From contig CBDCXR010000004.1 of the NCBI GenBank assembly GCA_965223845.1, positions 4,416,001 through 4,480,000 on the forward strand: 64,000 nucleotides of DNA, in the 5' to 3' direction. The position numbers and the translations under genes were made by a program. This document shows, piece after piece, positions 28,968 to 37,555 of this stretch (position 1 is its first letter; each line of letters begins with the position of its first letter). The notes under the pieces are model-generated. The model was not told the origin of the DNA. It searched no databases and was given only the letters and a program-made list of their open reading frames with translations. The DNA comes from Planctomycetota bacterium (GTDB lineage: Bacteria > Planctomycetota > UBA8108 > SXIK01).

Positions 28968-29930
28968 ATGAACATGAGCGAGACCGCGCCGATCCGCATC
29001 GGGACCTCCGCCTGCCTCCTCGGCCAGAACGTTCGCTTCGACGGCGGACACAAGCGCGACGCGTACCTCGTCGACGCACTCGGCCCCATCGCGACGTTCG
29101 TCCCGATTTGTCCCGAAGCGGAACTCGGCTTGGGAGTGCCGCGTGAGACGCTGCGCCTCGTCCGGGTGGAGCGCGACGTCGCTCTCGTGGGAACGAAATC
29201 TGGGCAGGACCACACCGAGTCGATGCGAGCCTACGCGCGCGAGAGATCGCGGCAGATCGCCGAGCTCGACCTGTCCGGATTCGTGCTCAAGAAGGACTCA
29301 CCTACGTGCGGCGTTCACCGAGTACGCGTCTACGATTCGAATGGCGTTCCCTCCCGAACAGGCACGGGCGTCTTCGCCGAAGAGCTCGCGAAAGCTTGCC
29401 CGCTCCTTCCGATCGAGGAGGAAGGGCGACTCCGGGATCCGCATCTCCGCGAAAACTTCTTCGAGCGAGTCTTCGCGTACCGGCGCCTGAAGCTCTTCTT
29501 CGCGAGCGCGTGGACTCGCGGCGGGCTCGTCGCCTTTCATTCGCGAGAGAAAACTCTCCTCCTTGCGCACGACAACGGAGCGTACCGCGAGCTCGGCCGA
29601 CTCGTAGCTCGCTCCAAACGCGAAGAGCGAGGCGAGCTCGCTCGCGAGTACGGCACGCGATTCATGGGCGCCCTCGCGCGCGTCGCAACTCCGAAACGAC
29701 ACCGAAACGTCCTCGAGCATCTCGCCGGATACTTCAAGAAGACACTCGGCCGCGATGAGAAAACAACGCTTCGCTGCCACATCGAAGATTTCGCACACGG
29801 ACTCGTTCCGCTCGTCGTCCCGATCACGCTGCTTCGACTATTCATCCGCCAGCACGGCGTGGAGTATCTCGCGCACCAGACTTACCTCGAGCCGCATCCG
29901 AAAGAGCTCGCGCTCCGCAATCACGTCTAG
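28968..29930 (+). CDS. ybgA: DUF523-DUF1722 (YbgA / RudS-like thiouridine desulfidase family) protein
   Basis: SACLLGQNVRFDGGHK, CPE..LGLGVPRE, KKDSPTCG (three Fe-S Cys), EEEGRL, FHSREK, NVLEHLAGYFK, YL..QTYLEP.P.EL.LRNHV. Confidence 0.9.
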   Translation: MNMSETAPIRIGTSACLLGQNVRFDGGHKRDAYLVDALGPIATFVPICPEAELGLGVPRETLRLVRVERDVALVGTKSGQDHTESMRAYARERSRQIAELDLSGFVLKKDSPTCGVHRVRVYDSNGVPSRTGTGVFAEELAKACPLLPIEEEGRLRDPHLRENFFERVFAYRRLKLFFASAWTRGGLVAFHSREKTLLLAHDNGAYRELGRLVARSKREERGELAREYGTRFMGALARVATPKRHRNVLEHLAGYFKKTLGRDEKTTLRCHIEDFAHGLVPLVVPITLLRLFIRQHGVEYLAHQTYLEPHPKELALRNHV

Positions 29931-30065
29931 CCGTCGCGCCCGATCCGGCAGGATCGTGGCGAAATTCGAAGTGCGTCGTTTTCTTGGGACGCCGGCGAGT
30001 AGAATCCCCGGTGACGTCCGGGTTACGATCGGGATCCAGATCGCGAGCACGAAGGAGATCCGATC

Positions 30066-30764
30066 ATGACGAAGACGCAAGTCATCGCCCTCCTCAAAAA
30101 GAACAAAGATGATCGCGGCATCGCCCACTGGAAGCGGCTCGGCGCGAGGGATCTGAAGAGCTTCGGGATCGGTCTCACGAAGCTGCGAAAGCTGGCCAAG
30201 GAAGTCGGCCGCGATCACAAGCTCGCGCAAGAGCTCTTAGGAAGTGACATCTACGACGCGCGCGTCGTCGGCATGCTGATCGACGAACCGAAGAAGATGA
30301 CGCGCGAGCAAGTCGAAGAGCAGGCCGACGACCTCGGTTACCCGATGTTCTCCCACATCTTCACCTCGTGTGGAGCTCCACTCCCCAAGACGCCGTTCGC
30401 GCGCGATCTCGCCGTCGAGTGGATGGACAGCAAGGACCCCGTCCGCCGGTGCTGCGGGTACGGTCTCCTCTACGAGCTCGGCAAGGACAAGCGCGACAAG
30501 GAGCTCACCGACGCGTTCTTCAAGAAGTACGTCGAGCGCATCCGAAAGACGATCCGCGACGAGGAGAACTGGGTCAGAAACGCGATGAATACGTCGCTCC
30601 TCAGCATCGGAAAACGCAATCTCGCGCTCAACAAAGCGACGCTCAAGGCCGCGAAGGCGATCGGGCCCGTCGACGTCGACTACGGGGACGACAATAGCTG
30701 CGAGGTGATGGACGTCGTGAAGCATCTCTCGTCGGACTGGTTGCAAGAGAAGCTCAAGGCCTAA
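30066..30764 (+). CDS. DNA alkylation repair protein (AlkD-like HEAT-repeat family)
   Basis: FGIGLTKLRKLAK...DHKLAQEL...YDAR, VRNAMN.SL..IG, AKAIGPVDVDYG...C; RBS AAGGAG. Confidence 0.82.
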   Translation: MTKTQVIALLKKNKDDRGIAHWKRLGARDLKSFGIGLTKLRKLAKEVGRDHKLAQELLGSDIYDARVVGMLIDEPKKMTREQVEEQADDLGYPMFSHIFTSCGAPLPKTPFARDLAVEWMDSKDPVRRCCGYGLLYELGKDKRDKELTDAFFKKYVERIRKTIRDEENWVRNAMNTSLLSIGKRNLALNKATLKAAKAIGPVDVDYGDDNSCEVMDVVKHLSSDWLQEKLKA

Positions 30765-31121
30765 CCGCACTGTCCGGGGCTCGTCGTATCGCGCGCTACG
30801 CTCGTTCGAGGCGAGGCGGGGACTGATCTCTGCGGTCAGGCGCGCTCCCGCGCCAGCCATCCGCTTCGAAGCCGGAAATCCTCGGGCGGGATAAGCGACA
30901 AGGTCGCCGTCTTGCGAGGTCCGCCTCCGCCGAGGAGCGCCGCGGTCCGTAGACGGGCCTCTAGAACGCGTCTTCATTTTTTTGCGTCCTTTTGGTGGAA
31001 CGGTCGACTGTAGAGGCAGAACCAGTCGCTCCGGGCGGGTGAGACCGCGAGAAAAGTCGAGGGATTCGACACTCTCAGCTCGCCGGGCCCGATCGCCGCC
31101 TAGATTCACAGGAGGACCGTC

Positions 31122-31661
31122 GTGCAAGAGAAGCGAACGATTGCCGTCGAGTTTCTTTACCTCGACCTGACGAATTGTGGCCGCTGTGTCGGCACGGGCA
31201 GTAACCTCACAGAGGCGATCGACCGCCTCTCGCCTACGCTGAATGAGATCGGCGTGCAATTGGACGTCCGCAGAATCCACGTGAGAACCAAGGAAGAAGC
31301 TCGTCGGCGCGGCCTCGAAATCTCGCCGACCGTTCGCGTCGAGGGCCGCGACATCCAATCCGATTGGACCGCCAGCGAATGCGGCGGTTGCGACGATCTC
31401 TGCTGTCCCGGCTCCACGAAAGTCGACTGCCGGCTGTGGGACTGGGCCGGCGAGAAACACACGGTTGCTCCAGTCCCCCTGCTCATGCGAGCCATCCTCG
31501 CGGAGTGTTTCTCGGGAGAGGTCGAGCGTCGGCGAAAGGACGGAGACGAGCTCTCTGAGAATCTGGAGCGTTTCTTTCAAGCCAAAGTTGCATCATCCCG
31601 ACGCACTTCAACCGAAAGGACGCGCGAGACAGCCTCCCGCTGCTGTCCCGAGTGCTGCTGA
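31122..31661 (+). CDS. DUF2703-like Cys-rich thioredoxin-fold protein (metal/arsenic-response associated)
   Basis: EFLYLDLTNCGRCVGTG, SPTVRVEGRDI, CGGC..CC, VDCRLW, C-terminal CCPECC; RBS AGGAGG before the GTG. Confidence 0.8.
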   Translation: MQEKRTIAVEFLYLDLTNCGRCVGTGSNLTEAIDRLSPTLNEIGVQLDVRRIHVRTKEEARRRGLEISPTVRVEGRDIQSDWTASECGGCDDLCCPGSTKVDCRLWDWAGEKHTVAPVPLLMRAILAECFSGEVERRRKDGDELSENLERFFQAKVASSRRTSTERTRETASRCCPECC

Positions 31662-31675
31662 GGTCTCTTGCCACC

Positions 31676-32506
31676 ATGAGCGAACCCGCCGCGACCGAAC
31701 ACGCCTGGGAGCAACTCAGTCGAAGTCTCTTCGCGTTCATACGACGACGAGTTGCCGACGACGAGACGGCGGCCGATCTCGTACAGGAGGTTTTCGTCCG
31801 GGTGCAGAGCGGGATCGGTACGCTCGAGAACGAGCAAAAGCTCTTCGCCTGGGTGTTCCGCATCGCCCGCAACACGGTCGCCGACCACTACCGGAGCCGC
31901 CGTAGCATCGAGTCTCTCGACCACGACCCGGCGGCGACGCCGGGCGACGAGGAATCCGATCTGAACGACCAAGTCGGAAGCTGCCTGCGAGCCATGCTTC
32001 CGTCGTTGCCGGAGAAGTACCGTGAGGCGATGCAGTTGGCGGAGGTCGACGGATTCACCCAGCGCGCCGTTGGGGAGCGGCTCGGACTGTCGCTGTCCGG
32101 CGCGAAATCACGCGTTCAGCGCGGGCGTGAGTTGCTCCGAGCGACCCTGCTCTCCTGCTGTCGCGTCGATTTCGATCGCCGGGGCAACGTCACGAGATTC
32201 GAGCGCGATGGCGGTCGCGCGCCGTGCACCGCGGAGTGCGATGAGCGCCGCAGTGCGGAGGGCGAACATCAGGAAAGGGCCGTTGATGGTCGTACCGCAA
32301 AGCAAGATTGCTCCGGAATTGTCGCCGACGGCCGATCGAGGGCCATAGAGGCGGCAATCGGCCCGATCCAGACGGAGGTCGAGGCGAGGTACGCCGAAGA
32401 GTTGAAGGCGGCAGATACAAAGGGCCGAACTCGGATTCGCGAGAAGATCGCGAAGGAGATCAAGGCTCGTTTGAACCAGACAGCGCCGGAGTCCGGTCTC
32501 TATTGA
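31676..32506 (+). CDS. sigZ: ECF RNA polymerase sigma factor, SigZ-like, with C-terminal extension
   Basis: FIRRRV.D...ADLVQEVF, AWVFRIARN...DHYR, LPEKYREA, SLSGAKSRVQRGR and the SigZ-type CC..FDRRGN tail. Confidence 0.82.
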   Translation: MSEPAATEHAWEQLSRSLFAFIRRRVADDETAADLVQEVFVRVQSGIGTLENEQKLFAWVFRIARNTVADHYRSRRSIESLDHDPAATPGDEESDLNDQVGSCLRAMLPSLPEKYREAMQLAEVDGFTQRAVGERLGLSLSGAKSRVQRGRELLRATLLSCCRVDFDRRGNVTRFERDGGRAPCTAECDERRSAEGEHQERAVDGRTAKQDCSGIVADGRSRAIEAAIGPIQTEVEARYAEELKAADTKGRTRIREKIAKEIKARLNQTAPESGLY

Positions 32507-32555
32507 TTCGGGCAAGCGGTATCGTGCAGGCGCGAAACGTCGGGCGCGTAACGAG

Positions 32556-33662
32556 CTACTCAGCCTCTCGCTCGGCGAACACTTCCCGGACTCGAGCGAT
32601 GTCGATGGCTTCGGCCGCGTGGCCGTCTCTTCCGCGGACCGTCGTCGCGCGCAGGATCGAATTGTAGATCGCTTCCTCGGTCGCCTCGGCGCACGCGAGT
32701 AAGAGGGACGAGAGATTGCGATCGAGAACGCGCGTGTTTACGTTTCGCTCGCGCTCGCTTGGGACCGCAAACGCGAACGCGTAGTCGCCGCTTCCGTGCG
32801 AGAAGCTCGCGCCCGCGCGCGCCATGCCGGCGAACGTACGCCGCGCGACGCGCTTCAGCTGGCGGGCATCGAGCGGCGCATCCGTCGCGACGACGATCGC
32901 GCAAGAACCCTTCTCGGCCTCGTTCGCAGCCGCAGCCGGCGGGAGTGGCCGGCCGAGGATACGGAGCTCGCCCCCAAAGTTCGTCTGGACGAGAACTCCA
33001 ACGGTGTACCTAGCACCGTTCACGCCACCGACGACGACGCGCCGCGACGACGTTCCGCCGCCGCCCTTGTAGCCGAGGCAGCGCGTGCCGGTGCCCGCAC
33101 CGACGCTTCCCTCCGCGACCGCACCGTTCGTCGCGGATTCGATCGCTCGCCGTACGTCCTCGCTTCGAATCGCCCGCGCGCGACCGTCGCTCAAGTACCC
33201 GTCGTTCGTCTCGCCTACAACTGGATTCACGGAGCGGATCCGACCGCTCTCGTCCTTTGCGAGGACGTAATCGATGATGGCGTCCGCGATGCGCGGCACG
33301 GCGAGCGTGCTCCCGAGGAGGAGCGGGGTCTCGATCTCGCCGAGCTCGTCGATCTGAACTGTACCGAATGGTTTCCCGAATCCGTTGAACGATACGAATG
33401 CGGCGGCCACCTTCTCGCGGAAGAGATCGCGCCCGTGCGGAAGGATGGCGGTGATCCCCGTCCGAATCGACTCGCCGCGAACGATCGTCACGTGCCCGAC
33501 ACGCACGCCGGGGACATCGGTGATCGCGTTGTGCTTTCCGACGTCGAGCGATCCGACGACGACCCCGAGGTCTCGCGCGCGCGGGCGTTCGCGGGCTTCA
33601 TCGGCGACGAGTGAACAAGAGAGCGAGAGCGCCGCGGCGATCGCAGCCAGAATCCAACGCAC
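32556..33662 (-). CDS. P1 family peptidase (DmpA-like L-aminopeptidase/D-esterase)
   Basis: NAITDVPGVRVGH, NPVVGETNDGYL, EGSVGAGTG, VQTNFGG, GSC.IVVATDAPL, SHGSGD, ATEEAIYNS; signal peptide. Confidence 0.92.
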   Translation of the reverse strand: MRWILAAIAAALSLSCSLVADEARERPRARDLGVVVGSLDVGKHNAITDVPGVRVGHVTIVRGESIRTGITAILPHGRDLFREKVAAAFVSFNGFGKPFGTVQIDELGEIETPLLLGSTLAVPRIADAIIDYVLAKDESGRIRSVNPVVGETNDGYLSDGRARAIRSEDVRRAIESATNGAVAEGSVGAGTGTRCLGYKGGGGTSSRRVVVGGVNGARYTVGVLVQTNFGGELRILGRPLPPAAAANEAEKGSCAIVVATDAPLDARQLKRVARRTFAGMARAGASFSHGSGDYAFAFAVPSERERNVNTRVLDRNLSSLLLACAEATEEAIYNSILRATTVRGRDGHAAEAIDIARVREVFAEREAE

Positions 33663-33801
33663 GAGCTGTCACTCCGATCCGCGGCCGAGCTGACGACCGC
33701 GGGTTGGACGAGATCACCCGAGCAGCCGCTACTCTCACGGTCATTCTCGGTGAATCTCTCGCTCCACGTCAATCTCGCTCACTCCCAACACTCTCCTCAT
33801 T

Positions 33802-33846
33802 CTTCGTCTTCCCTCGCGACCTTCGCGCTCTTCGTGTGCAGCTCTT
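33802..33846 (-). repeat. Dispersed CGAAG-periodic repeat, copy 1
   Basis: Minus strand AAGAGCTGCACACGAAG-AGCGCGAAG-GTCGCGAGG-GAAGACGAAG, matching the copies at 57310 and 60301. Confidence 0.8.
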
Positions 33847-33873
33847 CTTCCCACGAAGCTCGAGCCATCCACG

Positions 33874-35304
33874 TCACGCTGCGCATCCATCCTCACACGT
33901 GAGCCGATCGTCCGTCGGATCTGCGCCGCAGTTTTCGTACGGCTCGGGGACGTCCGCACCGCTCGCGAAGAGATGATTCAGCAGATAGATCGCGTCGGCG
34001 ATGTTGACGGTGCCGAGATCGTCGACGTCGTAAGCCTTCGCGCACACCGCATCCTGCCCATCGAACAGATAGAGAAGGATCGCAAGCGCGTCAGCGACGG
34101 ACGCTGAGCCATCGCCGTTCGCGTCGCCGCGTCGAAACGTCTCTGCGACTCCACATTCGACGGAGTGATCGAACGCACGCTCGATCGAATCGGCAACGCC
34201 GTTCCCGTTACAGTCCGAAAAACGGACGATCCATGCCGCGAGAGTTCCGTCCTTCATGCCCATTCCGAGCACCGCGAGACCGTTTCGCGACATCGCCGTA
34301 ATCCCGAAGAATCTCCACTCCTCGAGATCGATTCCTCCGATCTCCGCGATCGTCTCGAATGCGATGGGACCCTCGCCGTCGAGGAAGACGCTCCCCGATC
34401 GTCCGAGGACAACGCGCCCGTTCCCCGACACACTCACGAGCGGCTCGGCTTCACCGCAGCGCGGGTCGCCGCGGCCGCCGGACTCCGTCCAGGAGAAGCC
34501 GGCCATCGGCGTGCCGTCGACGTCGATGCAGTGGAACTCGCCCGCGAGCGCGTCGCCGTCGTCGGAGACCGAGTATGCGGCAGAGCTCGAAGTTTCATCG
34601 GAGACCGGCTCGAACCCGGACTCTTCCGTCCAGCGCACCGCCTCGAACCACCGGTACGGTTCACCAGGACGCGCGTCGCTCGACCCGACGATGACGCGCC
34701 CGTCCGGAGTCATGTCGTAGACGTTACTCGCTCCGCCGCGCCGATCCTCGTCGTGGAGAAAGCCGAGCCCGACCATTCCCGTTTCTCGAGTCCACCGAAA
34801 CATCTCGGTCGAGTCCGGACTGAACAGTCCGACCCGCGTTCGAGAGGAGAAGCTGTTTCCCGCGACCACGGAGCCATCTGCCGATACCGCGGTCGCGCTC
34901 GCGCCGTAGAGGCCGCCCGGCAGCTCGCCGAGCGACTCCATTCCGCCCTCTTCGGTCCAGCGAAACGCGGCGTTGCCCTTGTCGGTCGCACTCGTCCCGA
35001 CGATCACCGAGCCGTCGGCCGATGCAGCGGTCGCACGACTGTCGAACTCCCCGCCGGGTAGATCTCCGAGACCCACGGGTCCCGACTCTCTGGTCCAGCG
35101 GAACGCCTCCCAGCCCTCGGTCGAACGGCTCACTCCGACGACGACACGGCCGTCGGCCGAGAGGGCGGCCGGAGTTGGCGCCACACCTCCCCCGGGCAGA
35201 GTGGGGATGAGGTCGACGGTCGCGTCGGCGAGCGCCGCCCCGGCGCCACCGACTACGGCGAACATAACCACAAACGCGCGCGAGAACTGAACTTGAATCG
35301 ACAT
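33874..35304 (-). CDS. Extracellular HAF-repeat-like protein with C-terminal dockerin-like domain
   Basis: Repeated A.A.SADG.V.VG.S....EAFRWT..G...LG.LPGG units; tail FRRGDANGDGSASVADA...DVDDLGTVNIADAI...CGADPTDD. Confidence 0.87.
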   Translation of the reverse strand: MSIQVQFSRAFVVMFAVVGGAGAALADATVDLIPTLPGGGVAPTPAALSADGRVVVGVSRSTEGWEAFRWTRESGPVGLGDLPGGEFDSRATAASADGSVIVGTSATDKGNAAFRWTEEGGMESLGELPGGLYGASATAVSADGSVVAGNSFSSRTRVGLFSPDSTEMFRWTRETGMVGLGFLHDEDRRGGASNVYDMTPDGRVIVGSSDARPGEPYRWFEAVRWTEESGFEPVSDETSSSAAYSVSDDGDALAGEFHCIDVDGTPMAGFSWTESGGRGDPRCGEAEPLVSVSGNGRVVLGRSGSVFLDGEGPIAFETIAEIGGIDLEEWRFFGITAMSRNGLAVLGMGMKDGTLAAWIVRFSDCNGNGVADSIERAFDHSVECGVAETFRRGDANGDGSASVADALAILLYLFDGQDAVCAKAYDVDDLGTVNIADAIYLLNHLFASGADVPEPYENCGADPTDDRLTCEDGCAA

Positions 35305-35424
35305 GACCGCAATCTCCTGCACACGAGGAATCGACTCGATCCGACCCACGGACGGATCCCCTCTGAGTCAGAACTGCGGTCGTGGAGCCGCGGCAGACAA
35401 GAATCCGCGGATTTCTGCCGCGAG

Positions 35425-37527
35425 CTATCTCGCTACTTCGATCGTCCCCCGCCGGACGCTGAATGCGTCGTTCCCCGAAAAGACGAGGTGCACCTTCCTC
35501 CCGTCGTCACTCGTCCACTTCGGCGGGAACCGACTCGTCTCCCCGGGTCCGACGTCCCACTCCTCTGTGAAGTAGGCGGTCGTCCACGGTCCCCAGGGCT
35601 CGGGCGCGTCGTAGACGCCAAAGCCGCCCTGGAACCGCGGGCCTCTGGAGTCCTCGCTTTCGGGAAGGGTTTGACACCAGAGGTAGCGGCGGATCCCGGC
35701 GTTGTACGAGATCCCGCTTCGGTAGCACCGTCGAGGATGCTCGAACACCGCTCCGCGGTTCTCGATCGCGGTGGTCCACTCGGGTGTACCGTCGGCGGCG
35801 AGAGCGACAAAAAACTCGTACGCGCGCCGTTCGCCGAGCCGCTCCTTGGGGACGCGCGCGAGGACCATTCGATCCGCCGGCTCGTACGCGCTGTCCGAAT
35901 CCTGCGAATAGATGTAGACGAATCCGTCGCGCGCGCCGGCGTAGTTCTTCCCGAACTGGAGGAAGGTCGGACAGCCAAAGCTCTGCGTGAACTTCCAGTC
36001 GCTCCACGTCCACGTCCGGGCGTAGTCGGTCGACCAGGCTAGCCGCGCGTTCCCGGCGTTGCGTACCCAGAGGTAGAGGATGCCGTCGACCATGAGGAGT
36101 CCGCTCGCTTTTGTTCCGCTCGCCCCGTCGCCGATCGACTCGTCGGGAGAGCGGATGTTCTCACCGCGAAACTCGCTCGGCGATCCAGAGACCTTCGCGA
36201 ATCCGAGACTCAACTTCCGACCGACGCGCGGCGAGAAGCCGTGCCCGTCGCCGTAGGCGGTGTAGAGATTCCCGTCGTCCGCCCATGCGAGCGGCCAATT
36301 GTCGCTCCCCTTCGCTTTCCGAGCGATCGTCCCCTTCGGGGCCCACGTGAGTCTCTCGATCACCGGGCTCTGCGGATAGGGTGCGCGCGAGTGCCGGTCG
36401 TTCTCGCCGCGCGAGCGAACTCGAACCGACGCGGCGATGGGAGCGAGAAAGGGTCGCAGCACGTCGTAGTGCCCAGACTCTTTCGTCCTCGCCCACTTCT
36501 TCCCGGCGCAGGCTCGCGCAACGACGATGTCGAGATCGGGAAAAACGACGACGAGACTATCGAAGAGGCCCCACGACCAGTACGCGCTCCGCGGGACGTC
36601 CTCAAGCGAGCCGTCGGCGTTGTTCCACCAGAGGAGGCCGTAGTGGTCCGACGCGTTCCCCAGCTCGTTCGCGATGCCTCCGGGGTGCTCCGGCAGTCCG
36701 ATCACTGCGTCGTCGGTCGTACGCGCGCGATCCACGAAGTCCGACGGAATGATCTGCCGGTCGCCCCACCGGCCCTCGCGGAGGTAGAGATAGCCGATGC
36801 GCGCCATCGCGTCGACGTTCGCGTGAATTCCCGATCCGAATTCCCGCCGGGCGACACCGGCGATCTCTTTCGGGCGGTAGGCGTTCGCTCGCCACCGAAG
36901 ATCCTCGCGAGAGATTCCGATCGGCGTAAACACACGCTCGAACATCAAGTCGTCGACGTCGCGCCGGTAGGCGAGCGTCACGCACTCGGCGAGCCAGTTC
37001 GGGCCGCCGTCCGAGTAGTGCCATTTCGTCCCCGGGGCGAACACGAGCTTCTCGTACCCGCCCCGTTTCTCGAATCCGGCCGTTTGCGTCGCGAGGTGTC
37101 GAATGGTGACGTCGTCGACCCAACCCGTCTCGCGATTGCTGGCCGGCGGCGTGGCGAACTCCGCGTGGTGCTTGGACGCCCTGTCATCGAGACGGATCTT
37201 GCCGTCGCTGATCGCTAGTCCGAGTGCCGTGACGCCGATCGATTTCGTCGTCGACTTGAGATCGTACCGGCGGTGCGGGTCGCCCCACGACAGAACGAGC
37301 TTCCCGTGGCGCGTGATGTAACCCGAGCCGCCGCTTTCGCCACTCGTGACCGCGTAATCGCGAGCCTTGATCAGTTTGTTCGCGTCGAGACCGACTTCCT
37401 CCGGCTTCGCGGTCGGCCACGCATCCTTCGGCCAGACAAAGCGCTTCTCCTCCTGACCGCACAGATGGCCACCGGCAGTCAGCACCACGGCAAACGCGAG
37501 CGCGACTCTGAGATGATGGTTCAGCAT
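35425..37527 (-). CDS. Beta-lactamase-like serine hydrolase fused to a DUF4185-like propeller
   Basis: PEEVGLD, STTK (SxxK), PGTKWHYS, ARIGYLYLREGRW, YGLLWW; second half GSDNWPLAWADDG..YGDG, FLQFGKNY, APEPWGPW. Confidence 0.8.
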   Translation of the reverse strand: MLNHHLRVALAFAVVLTAGGHLCGQEEKRFVWPKDAWPTAKPEEVGLDANKLIKARDYAVTSGESGGSGYITRHGKLVLSWGDPHRRYDLKSTTKSIGVTALGLAISDGKIRLDDRASKHHAEFATPPASNRETGWVDDVTIRHLATQTAGFEKRGGYEKLVFAPGTKWHYSDGGPNWLAECVTLAYRRDVDDLMFERVFTPIGISREDLRWRANAYRPKEIAGVARREFGSGIHANVDAMARIGYLYLREGRWGDRQIIPSDFVDRARTTDDAVIGLPEHPGGIANELGNASDHYGLLWWNNADGSLEDVPRSAYWSWGLFDSLVVVFPDLDIVVARACAGKKWARTKESGHYDVLRPFLAPIAASVRVRSRGENDRHSRAPYPQSPVIERLTWAPKGTIARKAKGSDNWPLAWADDGNLYTAYGDGHGFSPRVGRKLSLGFAKVSGSPSEFRGENIRSPDESIGDGASGTKASGLLMVDGILYLWVRNAGNARLAWSTDYARTWTWSDWKFTQSFGCPTFLQFGKNYAGARDGFVYIYSQDSDSAYEPADRMVLARVPKERLGERRAYEFFVALAADGTPEWTTAIENRGAVFEHPRRCYRSGISYNAGIRRYLWCQTLPESEDSRGPRFQGGFGVYDAPEPWGPWTTAYFTEEWDVGPGETSRFPPKWTSDDGRKVHLVFSGNDAFSVRRGTIEVAR

Positions 37528-37534
37528 GCGCCTC

Positions 37535-37555
37535 GTTCCCGTTCCCGCTCCCGTT
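37535..37555 (-). repeat. Short degenerate (CGGGAA)n hexamer tract in a 26-nt intergenic gap
   Basis: Plus strand GTTCCC GTTCCC GCTCCC GTT; same unit as the tract at 50565-50588. Confidence 0.55.

Noticed and set aside
30066-30764. AlkD-like gene as part of the CarH light regulon
   Set aside because: It is thematically related, but separated by a 135-nt gap with its own RBS and no TGTACA box, so the support is insufficient.
33711-33758. Imperfect hairpin GAGATCACCCGAG/CTCGGTGAATCTC upstream of the DmpA-like gene
   Set aside because: The stem is mismatched, has no U-tract and is plausible by chance at this GC content.
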